Source: a virus
Virus record (IMG/VR): IMGVR_UViG_3300045988_124514
Direction: 5' to 3' (one strand)
DNA length: 41,378 nucleotides
The notes beneath the pieces are model-generated. The model worked only from the letters and a program-made list of their open reading frames with translations, did no database searches and was not told where the DNA came from. This document shows positions 1 through 9,058 of this stretch, in pieces. The position numbers and the translations under genes are program-made. How positions within the stretch are numbered: the stretch's first letter is position 1; each line of letters opens with the position of its first letter.

Positions 1-55
1 AATGAAAACTAAAAATAATTGTCTAAAAATTCCTATTGGGGTTCACTCTAAAAAT
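1..55. repeat. Terminal direct repeat, identical to 41324-41378 (circular assembly overlap)
   Basis: Exact 55-nt identity between the first and last bases of the window. Confidence 0.9.
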
Positions 56-93
56 ACCCGTTGGGGTTCTAAAAATTTCCGTCGGAGGGTTGG
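9..93 (+). repeat. Tandem ~23-bp iteron-like repeats, CTAAAAAT(T/A)CCnnTTGGGGTT
   Basis: CTAAAAAT starts at 9, 23, 48 and 69. The copies at 23-45, 48-69 and 69-93 share a GGGGTT/GAGGGTT tail. Confidence 0.7.
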
Positions 94-236
94 TGCCTGT
101 TTATCCTATGTTCAGGGTGGAGGGGTTCAGGCGGTGGAGGGCTTTTGTCCTCAATAGTTAAGCACTCAGATACTACCAACACAGAAGCGAAAAAAAGCCC
201 TTTCTTTGCGTTTATAGTTGTCCGATGGTATAGTTA

Positions 237-244
237 TACCTTTG
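237..244 (+). promoter_or_regulatory. Bacteroidota-type -7 box TACCTTTG with no convincing downstream CDS
   Basis: Matches TAnnTTTG. The downstream 218..418 ORF runs through a terminator hairpin. Confidence 0.35.
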
Positions 245-312
245 CAACCTATAAAGCCGTTTATTTGCCATCAAATTGAGCTACAAGAAAAAAACAGAAA
301 AGACAATGAACT

Positions 313-346
313 AAGAAAGAAAGAAAAACCCCGCTCGACGGCGGGG
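313..346 (-). terminator. Intrinsic terminator of the leftward operon 1216->539
   Basis: Stem CCCCGC (329-334) / GCGGGG (341-346). On the minus strand it is followed by a TTTTTCTTTCTTTCTT run. Confidence 0.6.
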
Positions 347-538
347 CAAATTCTATTATTATCTTACAATCTTTATACATCTTCCTGTATCTGTCATAAT
401 ACGAACTCCTTTATATAATGGATTGAATACTTGTAAGATGCTTTGAGCCTCAATAATTGCACTCCAAAGGGGGCTGTTAGTATCCCTGAAATTTGAAATA
501 TACAGAGATTTGTAATTATCTTTTCTTTTCATAATAAT

Positions 539-799
539 CTACATTAATTCAATTATAACATCCTCTGAGATGTAATATGGATGGGTTGCACCCTCCATCG
601 TAGCATCTACGTAGATGGCATCCGGTTTATTTTCGTCGAAGTCTGGAGCGCTCTCTACCTCCTCGACATCCCAAAGAAAACCCGGGGCGGTTTTCTCAAA
701 TTTTGGGATTGCTTTTTCTAAAACTTCCTCTATATCGTCGCTTTGGGTTTGAACCTCCACCCGTGGAGAGTTCCAGAAAGAAACTATAAAAGTATACAT
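539..799 (-). CDS. Hypothetical acidic protein, 86 aa
   Basis: ORF track. Lies 24 nt downstream of the 824..1216 gene on the same strand, with a terminator after it. Confidence 0.6.
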   Translation of the reverse strand: MYTFIVSFWNSPRVEVQTQSDDIEEVLEKAIPKFEKTAPGFLWDVEEVESAPDFDENKPDAIYVDATMEGATHPYYISEDVIIELM

Positions 800-823
800 A
801 ATATCTTAAATTTTAGAAGATTA

Positions 824-1216
824 TTATTTATTTGCAAATATTCTAGCCCACTTATATACACGAGCGGAAGCATATTTGAGGACGTCGGCTTCGAGGTCTA
901 AAAGATGGTATCCGTTGAGTGTCTCTCTTTGTGTTATGCGTTTGCGCTGAGAGGGTGTTAAAAGGGTGTTTGCTATTGCTTCATTATATATCAACCCGCA
1001 ACCATCCCACGCGAATTGATGCCAAGATGTAGCACCATTTAGGAGAATATTGAAAATATCTTTTACCTCTATTTCTTCAGGTAAATAGTTATCATTGAAT
1101 TTTTCAGCGAGGAAATGCGAGTAAAATTCAATACCTTTTTCCCACTGCGAACGGCAAGGGGTGCTAATTGTTAGAGTGTAGTTGTAAAACTCTTTTCTGT
1201 TAATTGTCTGTTCCAT
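824..1216 (-). CDS. Hypothetical protein, 130 aa (start trimmed to MEQTINRK)
   Basis: The ORF track gives 824..1315. The internal ATG at 1216 lies downstream of the minus-strand -7 box at 1285-1292. Confidence 0.6.
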   Translation of the reverse strand: MEQTINRKEFYNYTLTISTPCRSQWEKGIEFYSHFLAEKFNDNYLPEEIEVKDIFNILLNGATSWHQFAWDGCGLIYNEAIANTLLTPSQRKRITQRETLNGYHLLDLEADVLKYASARVYKWARIFANK

Positions 1217-1284
1217 AATAATAAAAAAATTTAATAAGTGAATAATAATACTAATCGTCCGGGCTTTTCCCCTGAACTCGATTG

Positions 1285-1292
1285 CAAAGGTA
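1285..1292 (-). promoter_or_regulatory. -7 promoter box TACCTTTG (minus strand)
   Basis: The reverse complement of CAAAGGTA matches TAnnTTTG, upstream of the 824..1216 gene. Confidence 0.55.
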
Positions 1293-1996
1293 TACCTAAT
1301 ATTTGATATATGCAAATAATTTTATAAGTTTTTTTCATCTTTTTTGCAGATAAATTTTTATGTATTTGTATTTCAAAGGGTTGCAAACATTGAACGAAAA
1401 AAGAAAATACAACCATTTGCATTTACTCAGATATATTAAGGGATTGCGCTTTTGTAGGTTTATCCGTTTACGCAATTATTGACGATGCTTGCGCTTTTGT
1501 GGGGGTTACCTTTTAGAAAACGCAAACTATTTCACGTTTTGCACCTTAAAACCTTGAATTATAGCACATTATTCGCCATTACTTAAAGTAATACTTCAAG
1601 TAAAAACGCACCCAAACACGAACAAACACGCACTACGAAAGGGGTTGCAAGTTGTGGCAAATAGAGCAAAGTTGCACCTAATCCCATATCCTCAAATTAT
1701 ACAAAAAGTCGCTTTTTTGCCGTTTTGGTCTCCGAAAATACGGGGAAAACACTTTCAAGCACTTACAAAAAGACGCTTTTTGGGGCTTTTTGGCATCTGG
1801 AGGGGCAAACGAAAGGGGCTGCAGGTGGAGGACCTGAACGCCTCCACGCCTGAACTCACCGACAACAACACTAACAACCCACGACAAGCAAAGACAACAG
1901 GAGGGGGCAAATTTAGTACCCCCGTGGTGTGGAGCGGTGGAGGGGGGGGAGTTACCCCTCCTATAACGCGCGGTACGAAAACAGGAAATAAAGTAT

Positions 1997-2004
1997 TATC
2001 TTTG
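1997..2004 (+). promoter_or_regulatory. -7 promoter box TATCTTTG for the packaging/structural operon
   Basis: TAnnTTTG lies 21 nt upstream of the ATG at 2025. Confidence 0.55.
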
Positions 2005-2024
2005 TGGGAAAGGAGGAAAAAGAA

Positions 2025-2558
2025 ATGGGAAAAGAAGAAAGACTAACGGACGAGAAGAGGGTAGCAGTGATGAGGGCTATTGCGGATGGCAAGGGGGTTG
2101 AGGACATCAAGAGGGGGTGCAAGGTAGGGAAGAATAGCGTAGTAAACATCAAGAGTGCTGCGTTAGAGGATTGGAGGGCTGCGAACATAGGGGCTATGGA
2201 CGATATGATAAGTAGGGAGATGATGCGGATAGACAGTTTGGAGGAGGTAGTGATGAGGGACTACGAGAACAGTAGGCGGTCGTTGAAGCCTATGGAGTAT
2301 GCTGCGTTGATGGCGAGGGGATTGAGTATGGACGAGATAGACGAGTGTTTTGCGAGCCGTCCTCAGAGTGGGGACCCGAGGTATTTGGACACATTGTTGC
2401 GGATAAGTATGCAGCGGATGCGATTGATTGGGGTTGTTGGCAGGAGTGACAAGAGGAAGCAGACTATCAATCAGTACAACTTTGGGAGTTTGAGTGAGGA
2501 GGATATGCGTAGGATAGTTGGAGAGATGCAGGACGACAAGTACAGGGAGGGCAGGTGA
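2025..2558 (+). CDS. terS: Terminase small subunit (putative, N-terminal HTH)
   Basis: Lies immediately upstream of, and overlapping, the large terminase gene. HTH-like segment KRVAVMRAIADGKGVEDIKRGCKVGKNSV. The track ORF starts at GTG 2004, but ATG 2025 fits the promoter better. Confidence 0.6.
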   Translation: MGKEERLTDEKRVAVMRAIADGKGVEDIKRGCKVGKNSVVNIKSAALEDWRAANIGAMDDMISREMMRIDSLEEVVMRDYENSRRSLKPMEYAALMARGLSMDEIDECFASRPQSGDPRYLDTLLRISMQRMRLIGVVGRSDKRKQTINQYNFGSLSEEDMRRIVGEMQDDKYREGR

Positions 2559-4075
2559 TGGACGAGAGCAGGTACGCGGAGCAGATGGTGCGATATATGG
2601 CGGAGAGGGACTTCGGGATATATATGCGATACATCAATCCTGAGTTAGAGATGACGAAGTGTCATCGCAGTTACTATGCCATATTAAACAAGTTTGCTCA
2701 TAAGGAGATAAGGAAGTTGATTATCAGTGCGCCACCTCAATTCGGGAAGAGCCTCGGGAGCAGTAGGGGATTGCCGAGTTTTCTAATGGGTACTCGTCCG
2801 AGTGACAACATTGTGATAGGGAGTTACAACACGGAGTTAGCGAGGACTTTCAATTCGGACGTACAGAGGACGATGAGGGAGGAGGCTTACGGGGCGGTCT
2901 TTCCGTACACTATCATCAGTGACGGCAGGGAGAACAGGGAGTACAAGTGCAACGCGGATGAGACGCAGGTAGTTGGGGAGGACGGCAGTGGATTGAGGGT
3001 TGTAGGTAGGGGCAGTTCATTGACGGGAAGAAAGGTAGATGTGATGATTATGGACGACTTGTACAAGGACTACAATGAGGCGAGCAGTCCGATAGTGAGG
3101 AACAAGACTTGGAGGTGGTACACGAGTGTGGTATTGTCTCGATTGCAGGATTGGGGTCAGCAGTTGATGGTGTTCACGAGGTGGAACGAGGACGACTTGA
3201 TAGGTAGGATTATGCAGACGGAGAGGGTAGTGAAGATAGAGAGGTGGGAGGACTTCGACAAGGTCGGGGATGATTGGGCGTATGTAAACTTCCCGGCTAT
3301 CAAGGTGGGTGGACCTACGGAGATAGACCCGAGGGAGGAGGGAGAGGTGATATTCCCGAGCCATAGCAGCTTAAAGACCTTATTGGCGAAGAAGAAGGCA
3401 GACCCTTATGTGTTCGAGTGTTTGTATCAGGGCAATCCGTTCAGTGAGGACAACAAGTTATATGGTGAGTTCAAGACCTATACAGACAAGAGCGAGTATG
3501 GAGTGATGGTGCGCAAGGGATGTTGCATAGACGTTGCCGGCAAGGGCGGGGATGACACTTGCAGTATCTGTTACGATGTGTATAGGAGCAAGAACAACAT
3601 CTACAATGAGCAGACGAGGCGATTTGAGCCGTTGGTGTTCATCTTGGTGACGGACATCTATTTGAGCAATGCAGGGGTAGAGGAGACGAGCATTGTAATA
3701 CCTCAGCAGATAAATATGCAGGGAAGTCAGGTTGTGTGGTGTGAGCGGAACGCAGGGGGTGAGCAGTTCGGAATGAGCATAGCGAAGAAAGTGAGGGCAA
3801 AGGTGGAATTGTACTTCAGTGAGGGGAACAAGGAGGCGAGGATTATCAATTCGGCAGGGGATGTAATATCACAGATTATCTTTCCGTTGGGATGGGAGAG
3901 CAGGTGGCCGAAGGCTTTCAAGGAGTTGAACGGCTTCGTACGGCATTTCAAGGCGAACGCGCACGACGATGTGCCGGATGTATTGAGCAGTATTGTTCAG
4001 AGGGAGATACTATGCAAAAATCCCACACGAGGATATGTGGGATATAAGCATAGGGGAATTAGGAGGGCGAATTAG
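2555..4075 (+). CDS. terL: Terminase large subunit
   Basis: 506 aa. Walker A-like APPQFGKS and Walker B-like VDVMIMDD, with an acidic C-terminal nuclease-like region (CIDVAGKGGDD). ATG 2558 is an alternative start. Confidence 0.8.
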   Translation: MMDESRYAEQMVRYMAERDFGIYMRYINPELEMTKCHRSYYAILNKFAHKEIRKLIISAPPQFGKSLGSSRGLPSFLMGTRPSDNIVIGSYNTELARTFNSDVQRTMREEAYGAVFPYTIISDGRENREYKCNADETQVVGEDGSGLRVVGRGSSLTGRKVDVMIMDDLYKDYNEASSPIVRNKTWRWYTSVVLSRLQDWGQQLMVFTRWNEDDLIGRIMQTERVVKIERWEDFDKVGDDWAYVNFPAIKVGGPTEIDPREEGEVIFPSHSSLKTLLAKKKADPYVFECLYQGNPFSEDNKLYGEFKTYTDKSEYGVMVRKGCCIDVAGKGGDDTCSICYDVYRSKNNIYNEQTRRFEPLVFILVTDIYLSNAGVEETSIVIPQQINMQGSQVVWCERNAGGEQFGMSIAKKVRAKVELYFSEGNKEARIINSAGDVISQIIFPLGWESRWPKAFKELNGFVRHFKANAHDDVPDVLSSIVQREILCKNPTRGYVGYKHRGIRRAN

Positions 4076-4281
4076 TCCTCCTTTTTCTTTTCCATTCGTT
4101 TTTGGAGTATCATAGTAAAGAGTGTGCTCCATTCGGTTATTAGCATCATAGCGAAAATAAAGCCGATAGGGAGCAATATAGGCAAGAGAGCCACTATGGG
4201 ACTGACGATGCCTATAAACGCAAGTATGACCCCTAAAATGAGCCATACGAGCCAAATTGCGGTGAATGTAAAATTCTTCAT
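4072..4281 (-). CDS. Small membrane protein, 69 aa, two hydrophobic helices
   Basis: MKNFTFTAIWLVWLILGVILAFIGIVSPIVALLPILLPIGFIFAMMLI. ATGA-coupled to the upstream gene. Confidence 0.6.
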   Translation of the reverse strand: MKNFTFTAIWLVWLILGVILAFIGIVSPIVALLPILLPIGFIFAMMLITEWSTLFTMILQKRMEKKKED

Positions 4282-4490
4282 TTCGTTGGTTTCTTGATAT
4301 TGAGTTTTGAGAGTGCAAAGTCCACGAGGGTTTGGATGTCCTCGAAGAGGAATTGCGCTTGTTCTTCTTCGCACTGTTCTTTGAGCAGGGCGATGTTCTT
4401 CCGAATGGTATCAGGGTGATAGTGCAGGCGGAAGATAGGTCTTTGTGCAGGTCTTATGCCTGTAATGACTGGTGTTATTGTTTTCTTCAT
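4278..4490 (-). CDS. Hypothetical protein, 70 aa
   Basis: ORF track. ATGA overlaps at both ends. Confidence 0.55.
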   Translation of the reverse strand: MKKTITPVITGIRPAQRPIFRLHYHPDTIRKNIALLKEQCEEEQAQFLFEDIQTLVDFALSKLNIKKPTK

Positions 4491-4630
4491 TTAAGTGGAC
4501 ATTGTGGTAATTGAAAGTGGAAGGCATTTGCTTGGATGCAGAAGTACTCCACTTTCTTGGTAGTCTTGCATCCTCTAATTTCGCGGAACTTGCATCTTTT
4601 GCAGTATTCTCTTACTTTTTCGTCTGTCAT
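4487..4630 (-). CDS. Small Cys-rich protein, 47 aa (below the ORF-track cutoff)
   Basis: Hand translation gives MTDEKVREYCKRCKFREIRGCKTTKKVEYFCIQANAFHFQLPQCPLK. Its TGA overlaps the ATG of the next gene. Confidence 0.45.
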   Translation of the reverse strand: MTDEKVREYCKRCKFREIRGCKTTKKVEYFCIQANAFHFQLPQCPLK

Positions 4631-4683
4631 ACTATCTTCCTGTTGAGCCGTAGCCGTTAGCACCTCTGTCTGTCTCGGATAAA

Positions 4684-4938
4684 TTATCCGCTTCTTCTCT
4701 TAATTTCTTTACTCGTACTTTCATTTTCTTCAATTTTAGACATTCCAACCCCTTTATACCCTTCACCCTGTTCTATTGCTACAAGGAACAAAAATGAAGA
4801 GTAGTTCACAATTTGGCTTCTTGACTTCGATTTTTCCCTTTGGGATTTTAAGTGCACGTCGGTGGTGCATATTGCCCAAACCTCCTTCTTGCAGTACCTT
4901 TCCTTGTCACATAGACTATTTGTGAAGTCGCGGGTCAT
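4684..4938 (-). CDS. Hypothetical protein, 84 aa (weak call)
   Basis: ORF track only. No promoter motif found upstream. Confidence 0.3.
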   Translation of the reverse strand: MTRDFTNSLCDKERYCKKEVWAICTTDVHLKSQREKSKSRSQIVNYSSFLFLVAIEQGEGYKGVGMSKIEENESTSKEIKRRSG

Positions 4939-5257
4939 TAGGGTTCAATGTTGCCCGCACTAAATTTTTTTTTCTATGTCCCTCCATTGTCCTATTTGAC
5001 AACTTCTTAACAAGGTGGTAGGGTTTCACTTGGCTTTTTTTTATAGCGGTAACTCGTAATCAGACTTCCGCTCCTCCGTCAAGTCTATGTCAATAAAAAA
5101 AGTCCGAGGAATTGAACCAGCAAACCGACCCTCGAACTTTTTAATTCGCCTAATAATAGGCGTTATATTTCTGTTATGTTCGATTTGCTGGTACTACAAA
5201 TGTAGTAAAAATTTTTGGTTCTGCAAATCTTTTTCTACATATATCAAAAAGATTTTA

Positions 5258-5265
5258 TATATTTG
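5258..5265 (+). promoter_or_regulatory. -7 promoter box TATATTTG
   Basis: TAnnTTTG lies 54 nt upstream of ATG 5319. Confidence 0.5.
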
Positions 5266-5318
5266 CAAATGTAGGCAAAGGGTAAGCCAAAGTATAAACT
5301 TTTTAATTTTATAAGATT

Positions 5319-5933
5319 ATGAGAATTTGTTCTTGTACTACTACCGCAGCTTTGCCTGACATCCCGAATACCGAATGCAAGCAGAGTTTCGGACAGATAC
5401 AGAAACTTGCATTTGTTCGTATCTATTCAACAGGTACTACCAAAAACAAGTTTGACACCACTAACGACATCACCAAACTTGCTACTTGGCAGAAATTCAC
5501 AGGTGCAAATGACGGAACGAAGATTGTCGTTACTCCTTTCGTAGAAGCCCCTACACAGGATGGCGGAGATGCCATCACCTTTGGTGGTGGAAACGATACT
5601 CTTGGCGGAGTGGAGATGAGGGTAGGCAGAAATGCTACCAATATGTCCTTTGCGCTCCGTGAGTGGATGCAGAGTGCAATCAAGTCCCTCAAAGCACTTG
5701 AATGCGAGGGTGCACTTGGTGTGTACCTTATCAACGAGCACGGACAGATAGAGGCGAGAAAGTTAGGTGAGGCGCATTTCCCACTTCCTATTCAGTCGCT
5801 CTTTGTGGGCGACAAGATACACGGAGGATTGCAGGAGCCTGACAGTAACTCTTTGCAGTTCTCTTTCGCTCCTAACTACTCCGACGACTTGGTGATAGTT
5901 ACGCCAGGGTTTAACGCAGTAACCGACCTTTAA
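5319..5933 (+). CDS. Hypothetical virion-module protein, 204 aa
   Basis: ORF track. Has its own promoter and lies between terminase and portal. No motif recognised. Confidence 0.7.
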   Translation: MRICSCTTTAALPDIPNTECKQSFGQIQKLAFVRIYSTGTTKNKFDTTNDITKLATWQKFTGANDGTKIVVTPFVEAPTQDGGDAITFGGGNDTLGGVEMRVGRNATNMSFALREWMQSAIKSLKALECEGALGVYLINEHGQIEARKLGEAHFPLPIQSLFVGDKIHGGLQEPDSNSLQFSFAPNYSDDLVIVTPGFNAVTDL

Positions 5934-5936
5934 GGT

Positions 5937-6146
5937 ATGGCTGCGAAGAAGACACTTGTTGCACTTGCTCCGAAAGGGAGCAAGGCAACAGAGTTCTTTG
6001 AGATAGAACACGCAGAAAGGATACTAAGACTTCACAATTGCGCTTGGGAAGTAGTGGATGACAATTTAGAATGGACAGGAAATGAGTTTGTCAAAAAGCC
6101 AAATACAAGCCGAGTTAAATCAGTCGAGCAAAAGACCGCAGATTAA
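5937..6146 (+). CDS. Hypothetical protein, 69 aa
   Basis: ORF track. Starts 4 nt after the previous stop and overlaps the next ORF by 65 nt. Confidence 0.45.
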   Translation: MAAKKTLVALAPKGSKATEFFEIEHAERILRLHNCAWEVVDDNLEWTGNEFVKKPNTSRVKSVEQKTAD

Positions 6147-7815
6147 CGAAGCATTAAGACAGCAGGAAAGGATAAAGTTCCACGCAGATACGAATATGTC
6201 TGCCGTGTTGGGAAGACCATACAATGACTTCTGCCTTTACCTCAAATCTTTGTTGCCGACGGACAAATACCTAAACTGCATCAACAATCTAAAATTTCCT
6301 CTACCTACCAACAAGATTACCGATAGGATTTTCACCATACTTGCAAAGGTGCACGATGGACGCAACCCCGCTATTGATTATCAGTTTAGGAGCGTGGATG
6401 CGAAAGCCGATTGGGAGAGATACCGCACGATGATACTTGGGGAGCCGGGTGTATGGAGCAACAAGATGTGGGATTACTTCAAGACCGAAATAAACTGCAT
6501 CTTGGTTGTGGATATGCCGAGCGAAGAAAGGGAGGGAAAATCCGCTCCTTACTTCTACCCTGTTTCCATAGCGGATGTAGTATCATACGGCACCAATGGC
6601 TTTAACGGCAGTATGGAATGGCTTATTTTCAGAAGGGCAGACGGAAAGGTTGTAGTTATCGACGATACATCCTACCGCATCTTCGAGGTCAAAAATACCT
6701 CTCTTGTGGCTCTCGTGTCGGAGTCCCCTCACGGACTTAGCTATTGCCCGGCAAGGTTCTTTTGGAATGAGCCATTAAGCCTATCCAATCCAGATGTGAA
6801 GAAGTCGCCTTTGAGTAAGGTGCTTGCCGACTTGGATTACTATCTTTTCCGCGACTTGTCAAAGAAACACCTTGACCTATACGCATCTTTCCCTATCTAT
6901 TCGGGATACGAGGAGGAGTGCGACTACACGGATAAGGACGGCAATTCTTGTCATCACGGCTATCTGCAAAAGCCTGACGGCACTATGGTCTTAGATGTGA
7001 TGGGCAACCCTGTTGCCTGTCCTATCTGCAAGAGCAAGAAGTCTTTGGCAGGTGCAGGCTCGTACATAGAAGTGCCGGTACCTACGGACGGAATGCCCGA
7101 TATGCGCAACCCTATACAGATGCTTGGCATAGACCGAGATAGCCTTGACTACAATGTAGAGGACTTGGACAGGCTGCGCAAGGAGTTAATCGCATCTTGT
7201 GTGGGCGTGGATAGCACTATCATCAACGAGGCGTCCCTTGCCGACAAGCAGGTGGATGCATCGTATGAGAGCAAGGACAATGTATTGAACCGAGTGAAAA
7301 AAGGCTTTGAGGATGCCCAATGGTGGGTGGATACCACTATCTGCAAGCTGCGCTATCCCGACACTTTCATCTCTGCGAACATCAACTACGGAACGGAGTT
7401 CTATACTCTCACACCAGAGGTGCTACGCAGCAGGTACAACATGGCAAAGGAGGGTGGAGCGAGCGACACCGAGCTGGATGCGCTGAGGACGCAGTTGATA
7501 GAAACCGAATACCGCCACAATCCGATGCAGATGCAGAGGATGATGCTCCTTTCCGAGCTGGAGCCGTATCGTCACTTGAAGAAATCCGAAGTCTTGAACC
7601 TATACAACAATGGGATTATAGATGCGGAAGAAGTTATCTTGAAGAACGATTTTAGTAACTTTGTAAGTCGGTTCGAGCGAGAGAACACGAATATCTTGGA
7701 TTTCGGGGCTGATATTAGCCACGAGGCGAAGATAGAAACTATTTATAATACATTATTGGAATATGCGAGAGAACGCAAAAGTAACAAGAGCGACATACAA
7801 GCTTCCGAAAGGTGA
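6082..7815 (+). CDS. Portal protein (putative)
   Basis: 577 aa, downstream of terL and upstream of scaffold and capsid. Called on size and position only. The start is uncertain, with ATG 6196 as an alternative. Confidence 0.6.
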   Translation: MSLSKSQIQAELNQSSKRPQINEALRQQERIKFHADTNMSAVLGRPYNDFCLYLKSLLPTDKYLNCINNLKFPLPTNKITDRIFTILAKVHDGRNPAIDYQFRSVDAKADWERYRTMILGEPGVWSNKMWDYFKTEINCILVVDMPSEEREGKSAPYFYPVSIADVVSYGTNGFNGSMEWLIFRRADGKVVVIDDTSYRIFEVKNTSLVALVSESPHGLSYCPARFFWNEPLSLSNPDVKKSPLSKVLADLDYYLFRDLSKKHLDLYASFPIYSGYEEECDYTDKDGNSCHHGYLQKPDGTMVLDVMGNPVACPICKSKKSLAGAGSYIEVPVPTDGMPDMRNPIQMLGIDRDSLDYNVEDLDRLRKELIASCVGVDSTIINEASLADKQVDASYESKDNVLNRVKKGFEDAQWWVDTTICKLRYPDTFISANINYGTEFYTLTPEVLRSRYNMAKEGGASDTELDALRTQLIETEYRHNPMQMQRMMLLSELEPYRHLKKSEVLNLYNNGIIDAEEVILKNDFSNFVSRFERENTNILDFGADISHEAKIETIYNTLLEYARERKSNKSDIQASER

Positions 7816-8128
7816 GGAGGCTTATGTCCACTACACTATTGAGAAGATTGCCTTTAACCCGAAGACAGGGCAGAAGATGAGCCGTCAAGAGGTGATAAAG
7901 ACCAATCCGAAGATGTTTGACAATGTAAAGAGAAACCTCGAATTGCAGGGCTTTACTGTCAATGTATTGCATCATCCCGAAGGCAAGTACAATGAGGAGG
8001 TCATCGTAGAGACACCCGAAGAGAGGATGCGCAAGGAGATAGAAGCCGAGGTAAGGGCTGATTTCGAGAAGAAGTATGCTGCCGCTGCCGAGGAGAAGAA
8101 AATTGGAAGACCACGAAAGGAGAATTAA
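7763..8128 (+). CDS. Hypothetical head-module protein, 121 aa
   Basis: ORF track. Charged C-terminus. Confidence 0.55.
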   Translation: MRENAKVTRATYKLPKGEEAYVHYTIEKIAFNPKTGQKMSRQEVIKTNPKMFDNVKRNLELQGFTVNVLHHPEGKYNEEVIVETPEERMRKEIEAEVRADFEKKYAAAAEEKKIGRPRKEN

Positions 8129-8131
8129 AGT

Positions 8132-9007
8132 ATGCTGACACAAGAAATTATCGTTGCTAACGATGCGCTTAAAGGGTTAAGCGATGAGCAGATTGGAGCA
8201 ATCGTCACCTTGTCACAGAACGATGAGAACGAGCAGTTCCGAATTAAGTTTGGCGAGCACTATCGCCAGTTGGATGAGAGTATTGAGCAGCACTCAGGCG
8301 TGGCAAGGAATGGTGCGGAGAAGACCTACGACTATCTGCCAAGAGCGATAGACACGATGAAAGCAGGGTACGAGGCGCAGATTAAGACCCTCAAAGAGCA
8401 GGCAGCCAGCAAGGCGGACGAATTGACCGCTGCCGAGTTGGAGACCACGAGAGCGGAATTAAAGAGCACCAAAGAGCAATTCAATACCCTACAAGAGAAA
8501 TATAAGTCTTTGGAGGGTGAGAGTGCCAAGAAACTCTTAAACTACCGAATAGGCCACGATTTCGAGGTCGCAAAGTCAAGTATCAAGTTCAAGGACGGAC
8601 TAAACGATGTGGCTTTGGACACTCTGGTCAAGCAGGCAGTCGAGAGAGTAAAGAGCAAGAACCCTAAATACGAAGAAAGAAACGGAAAGGAAGTGCTTAT
8701 TTTCCACAATGAGGATGGTTCACCGATGAACAACCCAGAGAATAAGCTAAATCCGTACACCGCAAAGGAACTTCTTTTGAAAGAGTTCTCAAATTTTGGT
8801 ATATTAGCGGAGAAAGCCAAGACAGGAACAGGAACAACCGAGAAACAAGTCACCACGCCATCCACCGCCACTACGCAGGCTGAGGCTATGGAGATGGCGA
8901 CAAAAGACCTCCTAACAAGGGGATTTGTCAAAGGTTCGACTGCGTTCCAAAAGGAATTGGATAAGTATTGGCGAGAAAACAAAATCGCTGAACTACCATT
9001 GAAATAA
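8132..9007 (+). CDS. Scaffolding protein (putative)
   Basis: 291 aa, rich in E/K/A/L helical and coiled-coil-like sequence, directly upstream of the capsid gene. Confidence 0.6.
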   Translation: MLTQEIIVANDALKGLSDEQIGAIVTLSQNDENEQFRIKFGEHYRQLDESIEQHSGVARNGAEKTYDYLPRAIDTMKAGYEAQIKTLKEQAASKADELTAAELETTRAELKSTKEQFNTLQEKYKSLEGESAKKLLNYRIGHDFEVAKSSIKFKDGLNDVALDTLVKQAVERVKSKNPKYEERNGKEVLIFHNEDGSPMNNPENKLNPYTAKELLLKEFSNFGILAEKAKTGTGTTEKQVTTPSTATTQAEAMEMATKDLLTRGFVKGSTAFQKELDKYWRENKIAELPLK

Positions 9008-9058
9008 TAACGGACAAAGGGGAAGTCTAAAAAGTATCACTATAAAAAGTTCTAAACT

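Noticed and set aside
1-55. The terminal repeat as a genuine physical direct terminal repeat of the virion DNA
   Set aside because: The length is exactly 55 bp and the identity is perfect, as expected from a k-mer overlap on a circular assembly path. Real direct terminal repeats are usually hundreds of bp. This cannot be settled without reads.
9-93. The tandem 23-bp repeats as a CRISPR array
   Set aside because: The units are contiguous and degenerate with no unique spacers. There are only about three of them, and no cas genes are present.
218-418. The 66-aa + strand ORF after the -7 box at 237-244
   Set aside because: It starts upstream of its own putative promoter box and reads straight through the CCCCGC/GCGGGG terminator hairpin. 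The translation is low-complexity.
1645-2046. The 133-aa + strand ORF, and the antisense 1678..1887 ORF, upstream of terS
   Set aside because: Both lie in the repeat- and hairpin-rich non-coding region. The sequence is low-complexity (G/K/R/T runs). The ORF overruns the terS promoter box and start, and has no promoter or coupling signal of its own.
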